From a virus (lineage: Duplodnaviria; Heunggongvirae; Uroviricota; Caudoviricetes), in the IMG/VR virus record IMGVR_UViG_3300037789_000070, positions 138,576-202,575 of that record: a DNA stretch of 64,000 bases. One strand, 5' to 3'. Shown in pieces: positions 1-9,863 of this stretch. How positions within the stretch are numbered: the stretch's first letter is position 1; each line of letters opens with the position of its first letter. The notes below the pieces were generated by a model. The model did not search any database. It worked only from the letters and a program-made list of their open reading frames with translations, and had not been told where the DNA came from. The translations under genes and the position numbers were made by a program.

Positions 1-182
1 AGAACATAGATAAATCTCTTTTATTGCCTTCTTATGACACTTTTAATAAATTGTGTAGGAACAACATCATAGACAGAAATAGTGTGTTTATTTTTGGAGA
101 TGACATTATATATCCACTGGATAAAGAAGAAGAAGTTTTAATCAAAACTATCAAGATGATGGACAATGTTAGGGTAGTGTAG
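1..182 (+). CDS. 3' end of an upstream CDS that continues beyond the window (stop TAG 180-182); eighth member of the paralog family
   Basis: Frame is open from the window edge to 182. It ends ...SVFIFGDDIIYPLDKEEEVLIKTIKMMDNVRVV, which fits the F-x-D-D ... K-T-(I/L)-K-(L/M)-(L/M) tail of the downstream paralogs. Confidence 0.5.
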   Translation, partial: NIDKSLLLPSYDTFNKLCRNNIIDRNSVFIFGDDIIYPLDKEEEVLIKTIKMMDNVRVV

Positions 183-191
183 TAAAAACCA

Positions 192-1127
192 ATGTTTACT
201 TTAAAAGAGAAGCACGATCTAAACAGAATTTATAGTGGAATTTATTGGCCCAATCGAAAGGATGATTCTCTTGCCAGTGGTGCCATAGATGATCCATCTC
301 CTTTTACTATTGAAGCGTTCTGGCATGGTAATCTACCTATCGTGTTGTATACAAAAAGGGAAGTGAGGGACCGCAAAGGAAATCTATTATCTTTCCGTGT
401 CAAACATTATCCGGATTCCAACACATTTATTTTCTTTTTGACACAACCAGAAACGAAAAAAATAACACCTATAGGTTCTTGTTCAGAAGAAAATTTTTTA
501 GATATATTATTCGGCATTCATCGGGACATGGAAAGAACCATTCCCATGAAAGAGGATATATTAAAGACAGTTAATTCTGATATATGGGATATTATTGATG
601 GGGGCGAAGAATTAATTCCATCTACAACAGATCAGATTTATGAAACTTTGCAGAAGATGACTCTCGCCCATAAAAAATTTCCATTGGAGATTTCTCTAAA
701 AATAACTACACCAGACGTTAGAGTTATAAATGAATGGGTCAATTTGAGGATTAATATAGTTGATAACGATTTGAATAGAACAGAACTTCATACATATAAA
801 CAGGATAGTGAATTTAATTTCATCAGAACTTTTTTAAAATTTGATGTAAAAGATGATTATTCGTATTTAAAAACACAAAGTTCTTACATCAAGGGAATAA
901 TAGATTTTTTGAGTGTCGGTGACCCTTCTATGATTTTTCTTACTCGTTCTCCACAGATCAAAGGTATGCTTAAAGACAAACCTCAAGAAGAAACGTTTCA
1001 TTTTTTGATTGGAGACTACGTTATTTTTTTCGCATTTTACTGTAAAGATAAAATTGAAAAAAGCACTGTTTCTCTTATGGAAACGCCAGAATGTCAGATA
1101 TATAAATTCATCGAGAGAGTAAAATGA
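192..1127 (+). CDS. hypothetical protein, paralog-array member 1 (most divergent tail)
   Basis: 311-aa ORF. Its stop overlaps the next start as ATGA. Tail is ...KDKIEKSTVSLMETP. Confidence 0.6.
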   Translation: MFTLKEKHDLNRIYSGIYWPNRKDDSLASGAIDDPSPFTIEAFWHGNLPIVLYTKREVRDRKGNLLSFRVKHYPDSNTFIFFLTQPETKKITPIGSCSEENFLDILFGIHRDMERTIPMKEDILKTVNSDIWDIIDGGEELIPSTTDQIYETLQKMTLAHKKFPLEISLKITTPDVRVINEWVNLRINIVDNDLNRTELHTYKQDSEFNFIRTFLKFDVKDDYSYLKTQSSYIKGIIDFLSVGDPSMIFLTRSPQIKGMLKDKPQEETFHFLIGDYVIFFAFYCKDKIEKSTVSLMETPECQIYKFIERVK

Positions 1128-2101
1128 CATTAAACCCACAAAGTGTGTCAGTCACTAATGCAATATATAATTCGGTATTAAATCATTTGCAAACACAGGA
1201 CATGTTTGCAAAAAAGGTACTTGGAGACAACAATCGCATTAATGGCCTGATCATAAGTTCTACCAATCACGCTAATTTACGGATTATCATGAGAATGATT
1301 GCGATTGAAAATCCTTTCAGTAATATGTGGGAACCTTCTGATGAACAAATATACAGCGTTCTTATTAATGTTGAGGGCGAAAAAGACTTAACACGTGAAA
1401 CCCGTATTACAATAAATTTAAATGATAAAGAAGGTTTCAGTGCAATACTTTCAACTCTTGAAAGTTATATTAGGAAATCATATAATAATTTGTTTTTACA
1501 AAAAGAACGAATACTTACTATTGATGCTCTGAACAGCAGTTTAGATTTGATTGACATAGTGGATAGAGAATTCAACTATGGTCATACTAGAGACATCAAT
1601 ACGATTATAGGTCATATTGAAAAATCGACAAATAATAACCTTGTATATGAAAATGCGGGGTTAGAATTAAAGTTTTCGCCTTTAAGAGATGATAAAAATT
1701 TCTCTTTATTCCATCACGGGTTCCAAATAGTACAGTCCTTTTATACCGTACCTCGGGGCGAAAAGGACAATTCGACATTATTCTTTGAAAAATTTTCCAT
1801 GGCACTTGAGATTCTTAAAGAGTATTTCGAGCAAATCAAGAACATCAATAAAACTGGCAATGACATTTTTCTTGTTACTAGAAACGATTCTATTGGGAAA
1901 ATTTCTCTTCTTAATGGAGTTGAAGTGTTTTCAAATACTCCACAGAAAGAAAAACTAATCGAAACAAATTATCGATTACTTGCTGTAGTTCCTGAAAAGG
2001 CTGATACAGTAGAAAGGACCTTCAAAATGATGGATATAGGCAAAATACAAAAAATCACTCTGCCAGAACACTTTAAAGGAAACGAAAATGGGATTTCCTG
2101 A
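1124..2101 (+). CDS. hypothetical protein, paralog-array member 2
   Basis: 325 aa. C-terminal ...LLAVVPEKADTVERTFKMMDIG matches the family tail. Overlaps both neighbours. Confidence 0.6.
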   Translation: MTLNPQSVSVTNAIYNSVLNHLQTQDMFAKKVLGDNNRINGLIISSTNHANLRIIMRMIAIENPFSNMWEPSDEQIYSVLINVEGEKDLTRETRITINLNDKEGFSAILSTLESYIRKSYNNLFLQKERILTIDALNSSLDLIDIVDREFNYGHTRDINTIIGHIEKSTNNNLVYENAGLELKFSPLRDDKNFSLFHHGFQIVQSFYTVPRGEKDNSTLFFEKFSMALEILKEYFEQIKNINKTGNDIFLVTRNDSIGKISLLNGVEVFSNTPQKEKLIETNYRLLAVVPEKADTVERTFKMMDIGKIQKITLPEHFKGNENGIS

Positions 2102-3035
2102 ATTCATCAGATGCTCGGGCCAAGGAATCGAACAACTAGCGTCTCAGTGCTTTTCTGATCTATTCCAAACACAAATGAAGGGCACGATTAGAAATGAAAA
2201 TGGTGTGTTTTATTTCACATCTGAGGACAATCTATTAGATATTATCTTAACCACAGATTTGGATTATTACGCATCATCTGCGATATTGTCTAACAATATC
2301 AATTTTCGTTTCAAACAGGAAAATTATATCAATTTTAACTTTAAGTTTGATATTGAGGGGAGAATAGGTCATCTTTTTCTAGATAAAGAAATGATTGACA
2401 TGCAATTTGGAAAGAAGATGGAGTTCTTTCTAGAGTTTGTAAGTGGAATTTATCATATGAGAGACATAATACCGAAGTTTCCTGTTAGAATTTATAATAT
2501 GTTCAAAGATGATGAAATTTTTTCTAAACCGGGTTACTCTATCTCAAGGCAAGAGTACCATGAGCATTGTCATCATTCCAGTGCCAATTACACGTCTTCA
2601 AAAGATATCAAATTATGTCACAGTCTCCAAAATTTGAATATTTTTTTCTTACTAGGTGATATTATCATACCATCTTTAAGCACCGGTCCACTTCAAGACT
2701 GGGTAAATGATTATCTTAAATCAGAAACAACAGAACATATTATGAGTTATATGTTTGGAATGTGTGATGAATATGTTGACGATTGTAAAGACTTTTTACT
2801 TGAATTTTTTGATAAAACATACGAAGTCAAAAATTCAGCTTTGATGTTGACAAATTATATGACTGATGTAGATTTTTTTGAATCTATAGTGTCTCGTGTG
2901 AAGGTTTTAGATTTAAAAGAACCGTTTCTCATATTGACTTTTGAAGATGATCCTTCTATCCAACTCAAAACACTCTCATTGGCGGGCGAAGACGAGTTTG
3001 CTAGAACTTTGTTTGATGGCAAATATTTGTCTTGA
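2088..3035 (+). CDS. hypothetical protein, paralog-array member 3
   Basis: 315 aa. C-terminal ...ILTFEDDPSIQLKTLSLAGEDEF. Confidence 0.6.
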   Translation: MGFPEFIRCSGQGIEQLASQCFSDLFQTQMKGTIRNENGVFYFTSEDNLLDIILTTDLDYYASSAILSNNINFRFKQENYINFNFKFDIEGRIGHLFLDKEMIDMQFGKKMEFFLEFVSGIYHMRDIIPKFPVRIYNMFKDDEIFSKPGYSISRQEYHEHCHHSSANYTSSKDIKLCHSLQNLNIFFLLGDIIIPSLSTGPLQDWVNDYLKSETTEHIMSYMFGMCDEYVDDCKDFLLEFFDKTYEVKNSALMLTNYMTDVDFFESIVSRVKVLDLKEPFLILTFEDDPSIQLKTLSLAGEDEFARTLFDGKYLS

Positions 3036-3093
3036 TTGAACTGGCGGTTTAAGGTATGATCAATGATCGTAACATTGAACCCAGTTTATTTAA

Positions 3094-4086
3094 ATGACAT
3101 ATCCAAACGTACTATCTGGTGATGGTCGCTCTATCAACGAACAAATTTTAAAAGACCTACATGAGCACATGGAAAAAAACTATGTGAAGTGGGATGATTT
3201 GGGGACAGAACCGTCATATAGTAAGCATGGAGAAAAATTAACAGTCAAGTTTCATTTATCTTCTACGTACCTTGGTCCAGAAAAATATAATATTAATCTT
3301 TTTGTAGTACTACTTCTCAATGATGATAGTGTTAATCCAAACTTTGATATCTGTTTTTCTACTAAATTTCAATTTGAAATAGATTCGTCAGATGTTTATT
3401 CTTATTATGTTTTTGCGTATGATCAACGCATGGAGGAGATTATTGACTTTATCGATATGAACTTTTCATCATATCAAGTGTATTTGTCTACAATCAAAAG
3501 ATATTTTGATACTATTAGAGGTCATAAATTATTCGTTGAATGTGGCTATAGGTTTAAAGAGCTACCATACTCCTATATGAGGAATAATGTTTCTTCGCTG
3601 CAAAAGAAACCTAAAACTCATACCCATCTAACTGACTTATCAGTCTATATTTCGTCAGAAGGGGGCATTATGTTTGAGATGGGAGAGGTTTTGCTTCGTT
3701 GCTTATCTATGACAAACCTTGCTAACTTGAGTAGAGATTTTAACTCATCTAAATATTTTACTACTGCAAAAACAAGTTTCTTTGAATATGCTAGTCAGGT
3801 TGTCCAGAACCAAACCGATAAAATCAAATCTGCTCTGGATAACATTCGTGAAGCAAATAAAAAATGTGAATATGTGTTTTTACTCACTAGATTTCAATAT
3901 TTTTATATGGATAATATCAGTAACATAGCATCTTATTTTCATTCAGATATCATACTTAATGATTTATTAGGAACTGATTACTTGTACATCATAGGATTTG
4001 ATGATTTCGATACTCAGAAGAAAACTCTTAAATTGATGGGAGAAGATTCGTTTGTGGAAACTGTAATGAGCCAAACCGGATCATAA
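3094..4086 (+). CDS. hypothetical protein, paralog-array member 4
   Basis: 330 aa. C-terminal ...IIGFDDFDTQKKTLKLMGEDSF. Confidence 0.6.
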   Translation: MTYPNVLSGDGRSINEQILKDLHEHMEKNYVKWDDLGTEPSYSKHGEKLTVKFHLSSTYLGPEKYNINLFVVLLLNDDSVNPNFDICFSTKFQFEIDSSDVYSYYVFAYDQRMEEIIDFIDMNFSSYQVYLSTIKRYFDTIRGHKLFVECGYRFKELPYSYMRNNVSSLQKKPKTHTHLTDLSVYISSEGGIMFEMGEVLLRCLSMTNLANLSRDFNSSKYFTTAKTSFFEYASQVVQNQTDKIKSALDNIREANKKCEYVFLLTRFQYFYMDNISNIASYFHSDIILNDLLGTDYLYIIGFDDFDTQKKTLKLMGEDSFVETVMSQTGS

Positions 4087-4092
4087 TTAATC

Positions 4093-5097
4093 ATGGAACA
4101 GTCACTGAACATAAATGAAAAACTTGAAAAAGTTTTTTTAGAATTGAACGGAAAACTTGATTATTTTCTTAGTCAACTAGAACATCAGACAAGTACAAAG
4201 ATAGAACCTTTAGGAAGAAGACACCACACCGCTGATTCTTTTTGTAAATTTGAAAACACACTGTCTATTTCTTCAAGCGAATATGAAGATAATGATTTTA
4301 TAATTGATCTTGAGGTAGAGGTCTTACGTTCTCATTTTACGAAAAATTCTAAATGGGAACTAAATGTTGGTGTTAGCTTTTATGGACAATACTGGGACGA
4401 TTTGTTGAGTATGGTTGTTGAACGAGAAGAAATTCCTGATTTCAACAAATTATATACGGAGTTGACGGATGAAGCTCTGTCAATTTTTAAAGAGTACTTC
4501 AATGAATTTAAAAAGCGAAACACTTTAGAATCATTTGAACAATTTGAGGTGGACGTATTTAATTCAGCAAACGATGTTATTTCCCGCTTCAATAAATTGA
4601 ACAGAAATTTACAGGTTGAAAAAACTGCTTACAGTATTAACATCAAATCCAAAGAAAAATCCAATAGGTGCTTTGAGATCTCATTTTCATCCATTGATTA
4701 TGAATCATATCCTTCTGGCTTTTCACACCTGTGTAATACAGAATATATTATCGACAGAGTTGAAGTCTACAAAGAGATGTCTTCAAATTACGGCAGGCTT
4801 CCAGAAAATAAAGAATGGCAGATTGAAAAAACAATCAAAGGGGATATTCGTGATATAGTAACGACTATCCTTGAAAACATTGAAGAGCATTTTTCGGGGG
4901 ATGTTAATGAGATTCAGATAATATCCAATGAAGAATATGAGAGATATCCTGCTGTTGGTCAGTTGACAGATAATCTCTTTTCATTCGAATGTAACCAAAA
5001 AACGCTTTTTGTAGTGGGCTTGAGAAGCGAAGTAGAAAAGCAGACTTTATATTTGATCTTGGGAGATGGTTTTGATAAAAAATCAATCGGCCTTTAA
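4093..5097 (+). CDS. hypothetical protein, paralog-array member 5
   Basis: 334 aa. C-terminal ...FVVGLRSEVEKQTLYLILGDGF. Confidence 0.6.
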   Translation: MEQSLNINEKLEKVFLELNGKLDYFLSQLEHQTSTKIEPLGRRHHTADSFCKFENTLSISSSEYEDNDFIIDLEVEVLRSHFTKNSKWELNVGVSFYGQYWDDLLSMVVEREEIPDFNKLYTELTDEALSIFKEYFNEFKKRNTLESFEQFEVDVFNSANDVISRFNKLNRNLQVEKTAYSINIKSKEKSNRCFEISFSSIDYESYPSGFSHLCNTEYIIDRVEVYKEMSSNYGRLPENKEWQIEKTIKGDIRDIVTTILENIEEHFSGDVNEIQIISNEEYERYPAVGQLTDNLFSFECNQKTLFVVGLRSEVEKQTLYLILGDGFDKKSIGL

Positions 5098-6115
5098 TTA
5101 CGATGGCGACAAAGAAAAACTTTGTGAAATATACTTGCCTTCTCTAAGTGGTATGGTGAGAGAAGATATAATTGATGTTCTCAATTGTAATGGCATGAAT
5201 GTGACAGTAAATGAGTTTCATAAAGATGGCGTATTTAATGTCGTATCTAAAAAGGCCTCAGATTTAAATTTTGGTCTTGATATTGACTTTGACATTAATC
5301 GTGATCAGGAATATTACGAACAAAATATGATAGTTCCTATCAATGTTTACATTACTGGCATAAGATACACATCAACAGGTAATGGTATCTCATCTACTCC
5401 GTCTTCGATAGGATCAGAAATAATCAAATTCCATGTTCATGTACATGAAAAAAATGAAGATGGTTATAATTGCACTATCAAAGGAAGTTATAATGAATTA
5501 ATTCAAGAGATATCATCGACAGTCACAACATTAATTAAATATAATGAGACGATTAATTATTTCATTGAAAAAGCAAAATCATTTTCTATAAAACATAATG
5601 AGATGGAGCATAACGGTAAATTCTATTTTATGTTTTCTGAATCATTTCAATTAGGAAGATTTTATTATGGTTCTTTCGAACTGACCAATGTCATTGAGTT
5701 TTCATTTCTTAATTACACATTGTGTTTAGGCGAAGAAAATTCTAATTTTTTTAGATATTATCAAGATAAGATTACTGTCCTTCAACGTGTTTTTACCACA
5801 GTAGAAGAACTTGTGGAGATTATGGAGGAGAAGTTAGCAGAAAACCCGTATACCTATTTGATTTCATCAACGGATACAAAATTACTGTCTTCGTTCTCAA
5901 ATCCATTTTTTCCTAGCGATGACGACCAACCTTCGTTGAGATTAGAAGAGTTAGAAAAAATTAAATCTGTGGTAAGGTATGAAACGGTACATGATCTCCC
6001 TTCAAACGAAACTGTCATAGTTTCATTTGACGATTATGACACACAACTAAAAACCTTGAAATTATTGAACATTCCGGTAAACATAGATCGACTGTTTTTC
6101 CGTCCCATCTCATAA
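5066..6115 (+). CDS. hypothetical protein, paralog-array member 6
   Basis: 349 aa. C-terminal ...VIVSFDDYDTQLKTLKLLNIP. Start overlaps member 5 by 32 nt. Confidence 0.55.
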   Translation: MVLIKNQSAFNYDGDKEKLCEIYLPSLSGMVREDIIDVLNCNGMNVTVNEFHKDGVFNVVSKKASDLNFGLDIDFDINRDQEYYEQNMIVPINVYITGIRYTSTGNGISSTPSSIGSEIIKFHVHVHEKNEDGYNCTIKGSYNELIQEISSTVTTLIKYNETINYFIEKAKSFSIKHNEMEHNGKFYFMFSESFQLGRFYYGSFELTNVIEFSFLNYTLCLGEENSNFFRYYQDKITVLQRVFTTVEELVEIMEEKLAENPYTYLISSTDTKLLSSFSNPFFPSDDDQPSLRLEELEKIKSVVRYETVHDLPSNETVIVSFDDYDTQLKTLKLLNIPVNIDRLFFRPIS

Positions 6116-6127
6116 GCAGAACTTAAG

Positions 6128-7048
6128 ATGAATAAAACTCAACTGATCACATACATTGATAGTGAAGTGACCACTTTCATGGAAGCACAGGGCTTTTCAC
6201 TTGAAAGTAGGTCTATTCCTTATAGAAAAATTTTCAGAAATGAATTCAAAAACGGAGACAAACTTGTAAAAATAGAACTTAAAGAGTACCTTACGCCAAA
6301 CCTGATGAATGATTATTCTGCATATTGGGAAATTTGTATTATTGAAGGGCCTTTTATTAGTGACGATTTAAATTTGAAAGAGTTTGTTAAATTTCCAATA
6401 ATCGTAAATGGAGATGAATACGCTCTTACCTTTAAATTTGATAGGATATTAAAGAAGATTACTGATACCTTGAGGCACATGGAAACTCTTCGAAATTTTA
6501 AAAAAGAGATAAAAAGTTTTCTTCCACCGTCTATCAATTTTACTCATTTAAATTGTAGAGACAATTCATTTTATCCTGAATGTTATAATGAAAATAATAG
6601 GTTTTCTATTGCATATGACCCTGATACTTTTATTTTTGATCTCTGTTTGAATAAAAAAAATATTACCAAAGATTGTTTCAGTCTTGGAGGATATAGTACT
6701 GAGCGTCTTCTCAACACAAAGGGTAGAACGAGAGACAAAAGTAGAACCTTGAATAAACGTGTAAGAGTATATCGCAGAAGGATCAAATCACATCTAAAAG
6801 AATTGGATTTCTTAAACTCATGTTTTGATGAAGTGTGCAAGGAAAAGAAAGATGTGTATCTAGTTCCTCTTCACAAGTTTTGTGAATTTGAAGAATACTT
6901 TAAGAGAACTGGTATTAGTTATGAAGATTTTTCTACTCCAACATTCCAGTTTAAATTAGTTTCTTTTAAAGATTATGAAACTGAAATCAAAACCTTGAAA
7001 TTGATACTGGAAGACACTTCATTAATAAACAACTTTCTTATAAAATAG
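6128..7048 (+). CDS. hypothetical protein, paralog-array member 7
   Basis: 306 aa. C-terminal ...LVSFKDYETEIKTLKLILEDTS. Followed by a terminator. Confidence 0.6.
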   Translation: MNKTQLITYIDSEVTTFMEAQGFSLESRSIPYRKIFRNEFKNGDKLVKIELKEYLTPNLMNDYSAYWEICIIEGPFISDDLNLKEFVKFPIIVNGDEYALTFKFDRILKKITDTLRHMETLRNFKKEIKSFLPPSINFTHLNCRDNSFYPECYNENNRFSIAYDPDTFIFDLCLNKKNITKDCFSLGGYSTERLLNTKGRTRDKSRTLNKRVRVYRRRIKSHLKELDFLNSCFDEVCKEKKDVYLVPLHKFCEFEEYFKRTGISYEDFSTPTFQFKLVSFKDYETEIKTLKLILEDTSLINNFLIK

Positions 7049-7049
7049 A

Positions 7050-7088
7050 AAAAACCCTGACACGTTTTATAATGTCAGGGTTTTTTTG
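7050..7088. terminator. bidirectional intrinsic terminator between convergent genes
   Basis: Stem CCCTGACA (7055-7062) pairs with TGTCAGGG (7073-7080), loop CGTTTTATAA. Flanked by A5 upstream and T7 downstream. Confidence 0.8.
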
Positions 7089-7093
7089 GTTTA

Positions 7094-7369
7094 TTAATCG
7101 TCTTCCAAAATTTCTATTGCAGTCGGCTTTCTGGCCTCTTTAATGGCACCAGACTCGAACAGTTCCAGTCTTTCATGTGCCATGTCCAAACATTCACGAA
7201 TAGTATATATCGCATGTTCGTGATGGGCCATTTGAGCATTATACAACGCAGTCATCAACTTATTGATGTATTCCTCTGTCTGCTGTTTTGTACATTCTTC
7301 TAAAGGAATAGATTTGGTATCAGATTCTTTGTAAATGGCTTTGACTAAGCCAGAAGTCACAGCGACCAT
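7094..7369 (-). CDS. hypothetical protein (91 aa)
   Basis: ORF with protein-like composition. Overlaps the next gene. Confidence 0.5.
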   Translation of the reverse strand: MVAVTSGLVKAIYKESDTKSIPLEECTKQQTEEYINKLMTALYNAQMAHHEHAIYTIRECLDMAHERLELFESGAIKEARKPTAIEILEDD

Positions 7370-7728
7370 TCTTTTACTACCTCAATTTTCTTGCTCCTGA
7401 CAACACGCCAAGAGCCGGGAAAACCGAGTTTTGGTTCGACATTTTCGGCATCAAAGTCCTTGCCACTTTTTAATGCCTTGTACCAAGCCTTTTCAACCGT
7501 CTGATATGCCTTACCGGCTTCGCAGGCTCGATGAACGGCCCAACCAAATCTTGGTCCCGTATCATATTTATGACCATCCTTATGGTCAAGTTTTCCTTCT
7601 GAAAACAATTCCTTGCTGATATCGAAATACTTGGTATTGTCCTTTTTGAAGTTCATACCAAGATCCAATAGATAAGAGAAGGAATTCTCTTTACCGTTAT
7701 TCTTTACCTTTAAAACTTTTGGTGTCAT
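7357..7728 (-). CDS. hypothetical protein (123 aa)
   Basis: ORF. No motif recognised. Confidence 0.5.
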   Translation of the reverse strand: MTPKVLKVKNNGKENSFSYLLDLGMNFKKDNTKYFDISKELFSEGKLDHKDGHKYDTGPRFGWAVHRACEAGKAYQTVEKAWYKALKSGKDFDAENVEPKLGFPGSWRVVRSKKIEVVKEWSL

Positions 7729-7734
7729 CTTTTT

Positions 7735-8514
7735 CTAAATTTTTACAACTGTGTTAACAGATAATGTTTCTCTATCGAGAGAAACAATGAAGCGATATGA
7801 CACTCCTTCATCCAAAGACACATATGACGTGTTAGTATATTTGTCTATGAACACATAAAGAGGTGTGTCAGAACCAGCCAAAGCATACAATCTCGAAGCA
7901 ACCCACGTTGTGTCTAAACTCTTAGATGAACGCACATGAGATGTTGCAATGGCTGCAGGGTCGATTAGTACAGACTGACCAGCAATTTCGGTTTGGACAG
8001 CCTGTCTTTCAGACTGATCCAAATCGCCACCTTCTCTTTCAGCTTGAGGACTGTTAGGAAAGGTATATGAAATGGATTTTATTCCGGTCACATTTTCCAA
8101 CGCTGCTTCGATTCTACTTTCGACATCTTCTTCAATAGCAGAAATCTTTTCAGCATCAGTGGTGCCAGATTCGAAACTCTCACCCATAGATAGTTCCAGA
8201 ACCACAGTGGGCCTCACAGTGATAGTAGACATTTTAGTAATATCTTCTTCCACAATTGCAGTAACTGCTTCTGCCGGGGTTTCCTCATTAGGGGGAGAAC
8301 CTTCCCCACCTGCCGATTCACCCTCATCCAGTTCCCAGCCGCCTTCTGCCGTGAGCCAAGCTTCAACCCGAACACGAGCACTCTCAAAGCTATGACCCGG
8401 AAGGTCAGCCATGAGCAATTGTGTCGTGTTTATTGTCCAGTCTTCTAATGTTGCCATGTTTTCTTTATAGAACCCTCTTATCTTTTCCAGAAACAAAAAA
8501 TTTGTTAATGGCAC
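7735..8514 (-). CDS. hypothetical strongly acidic protein (259 aa)
   Basis: Long D/E-rich central region, e.g. EGGWELDEGESAGGEGSPPNEETPAEAVTAIVEEDI. Confidence 0.55.
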   Translation of the reverse strand: MPLTNFLFLEKIRGFYKENMATLEDWTINTTQLLMADLPGHSFESARVRVEAWLTAEGGWELDEGESAGGEGSPPNEETPAEAVTAIVEEDITKMSTITVRPTVVLELSMGESFESGTTDAEKISAIEEDVESRIEAALENVTGIKSISYTFPNSPQAEREGGDLDQSERQAVQTEIAGQSVLIDPAAIATSHVRSSKSLDTTWVASRLYALAGSDTPLYVFIDKYTNTSYVSLDEGVSYRFIVSLDRETLSVNTVVKI

Positions 8515-8597
8515 TTTACAAGTGAAAAAAAGTAGTATAGTATTTTCTCACTCTTAAGGATTTATCCTTATAACACATTAAACAAAGGAACTATCTT

Positions 8598-8897
8598 ATG
8601 ACTATTCATCTTTTCTCCGCCGAAGTTTGGAAGCAGGCTGACGGCGGTTGGGAATCTGAAGAGTATAATATTATGGTAGACGAACTTGTCATGCTTCCTT
8701 CTGAGAAGGTTCGTTCTTGGAAAGATGGGGACACACCCCCTTATCAGTTCGATAAGGCGTCCAAGCATTTGGATCATCATATCACGCTGGATATTAGTGA
8801 AGGCCGAATTAAGAACGAATTTGAGTTGATGGATGTGGAAAATAATCATCCAGAGGTATATGATCTTCTCATTGAGTATGTTGAAAATACATTCTAG
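8598..8897 (+). CDS. hypothetical protein (99 aa)
   Basis: AAGGA-like RBS upstream. Preferred over the overlapping antisense ORF 8568-8903. Confidence 0.55.
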   Translation: MTIHLFSAEVWKQADGGWESEEYNIMVDELVMLPSEKVRSWKDGDTPPYQFDKASKHLDHHITLDISEGRIKNEFELMDVENNHPEVYDLLIEYVENTF

Positions 8898-8938
8898 AAA
8901 CATTTAAATCTACTGAGTTAAATGTTTTGGAGGAAGAA

Positions 8939-9244
8939 ATGTCAGATTCAACTTCTCATAAAAAAGAAATGACCAAAGTGTTTATTGTCCCAATTCGGTA
9001 TTGGGAAGAGGACGAGCCTAAAACGGGCTTTTTGTTGAAAAAGTGGAAAGACGGTTTCTCATACGTACATCATCACGATTATAACCATTCGGTCTATATT
9101 GAGAGTGAGAGGGTGTGCTCTACACGAGAAGAAGCCATAAAACAAATACAAGTTCTTAGGAATATCAGGGATATGTATGATAACCAAAAAGCACGTAAGA
9201 TCGTGCGGTCTATACTTGAGGACATTAATCAGGAGCAAAAATAA
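8939..9244 (+). CDS. hypothetical protein
   Basis: The track ORF starts at TTG 8927. The ATG at 8939 is preceded by GGAGG at the right spacing. Confidence 0.5.
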   Translation: MSDSTSHKKEMTKVFIVPIRYWEEDEPKTGFLLKKWKDGFSYVHHHDYNHSVYIESERVCSTREEAIKQIQVLRNIRDMYDNQKARKIVRSILEDINQEQK

Positions 9245-9780
9245 TGGACCCAGTAGCCGCCTACGCAAATCTTGATGGTTATAAACTAATCAAAAACTTC
9301 TATAAAGATCGAACTGCTGAACGAAGTGGGGTTCCTTTAATTAACCATATTGATGAAGGGGTTAGAATCTTACACCATCTTGGTGCTAGGATTAATGCAA
9401 TCGAAGCTTTTATGATTCATCCTCTCCTTCAGAATGATGTGGATTTGGCTGTAAACTTCAATTGCAGAAACATTTGTTCTTTAAACGGTCAAGTGATTCT
9501 TTTTGCAATGGAATATCGCAAAGTGGCTAATTCTTATCTTCCACCAGATGTTTCATCTGGCGGAAATCTACCTAAGAACATTCCTCTATACGACACCAAG
9601 CGAATGTTGATTGCTGATAAGGTTCAGAACCGGAAGGATTTTCTTAAGTACCAGACGCCCGAGACTTGTCCAAATTATGATGACCTCATGATTTACTTTA
9701 GGAATTGGATCAACTTTCTGAAAATCGAAGATCAATACGAAGAATTGGTCAAGGTCGCTGAAAACATTAAATCTTTGTAA
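9244..9780 (+). CDS. hypothetical protein (178 aa)
   Basis: ORF. ATG overlaps the previous stop (TAATG). Confidence 0.5.
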   Translation: MDPVAAYANLDGYKLIKNFYKDRTAERSGVPLINHIDEGVRILHHLGARINAIEAFMIHPLLQNDVDLAVNFNCRNICSLNGQVILFAMEYRKVANSYLPPDVSSGGNLPKNIPLYDTKRMLIADKVQNRKDFLKYQTPETCPNYDDLMIYFRNWINFLKIEDQYEELVKVAENIKSL

Positions 9781-9815
9781 TAAACGAATATTCTGAGAAA
9801 AAATATATAAAGAAA

Positions 9816-9863
9816 CCTGTTCTCCGATATATAATGTAAATAAGAGTAATATCGGAGAACAGG
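9816..9863 (+). promoter_or_regulatory. perfect 15-bp inverted repeat whose 3' arm contains the SD of the downstream gene
   Basis: CCTGTTCTCCGATAT (9816-9830) pairs with ATATCGGAGAACAGG (9849-9863), 18-nt loop. The AGGAG lies inside the 3' arm, 8 nt before the ATG at 9872. No T-run follows. Confidence 0.45.

Noticed and set aside
867-1139. Small antisense ORFs within the paralog array (867-1139, 1605-1805, 4380-4592, 4904-5086, 6313-6537, 6583-6840) and a same-strand alternative-frame ORF at 4616-4858.
   Set aside because: They are embedded in longer, contiguous ORFs (opposite strand or alternate frame) that form an overlapping operon. Their composition is low-complexity.
8568-8903. Minus-strand ORF (111 aa) overlapping plus-strand ORF 8598-8897.
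   Set aside because: I/L/F-rich composition typical of AT-rich antisense. The plus-strand ORF has an RBS and more balanced composition.
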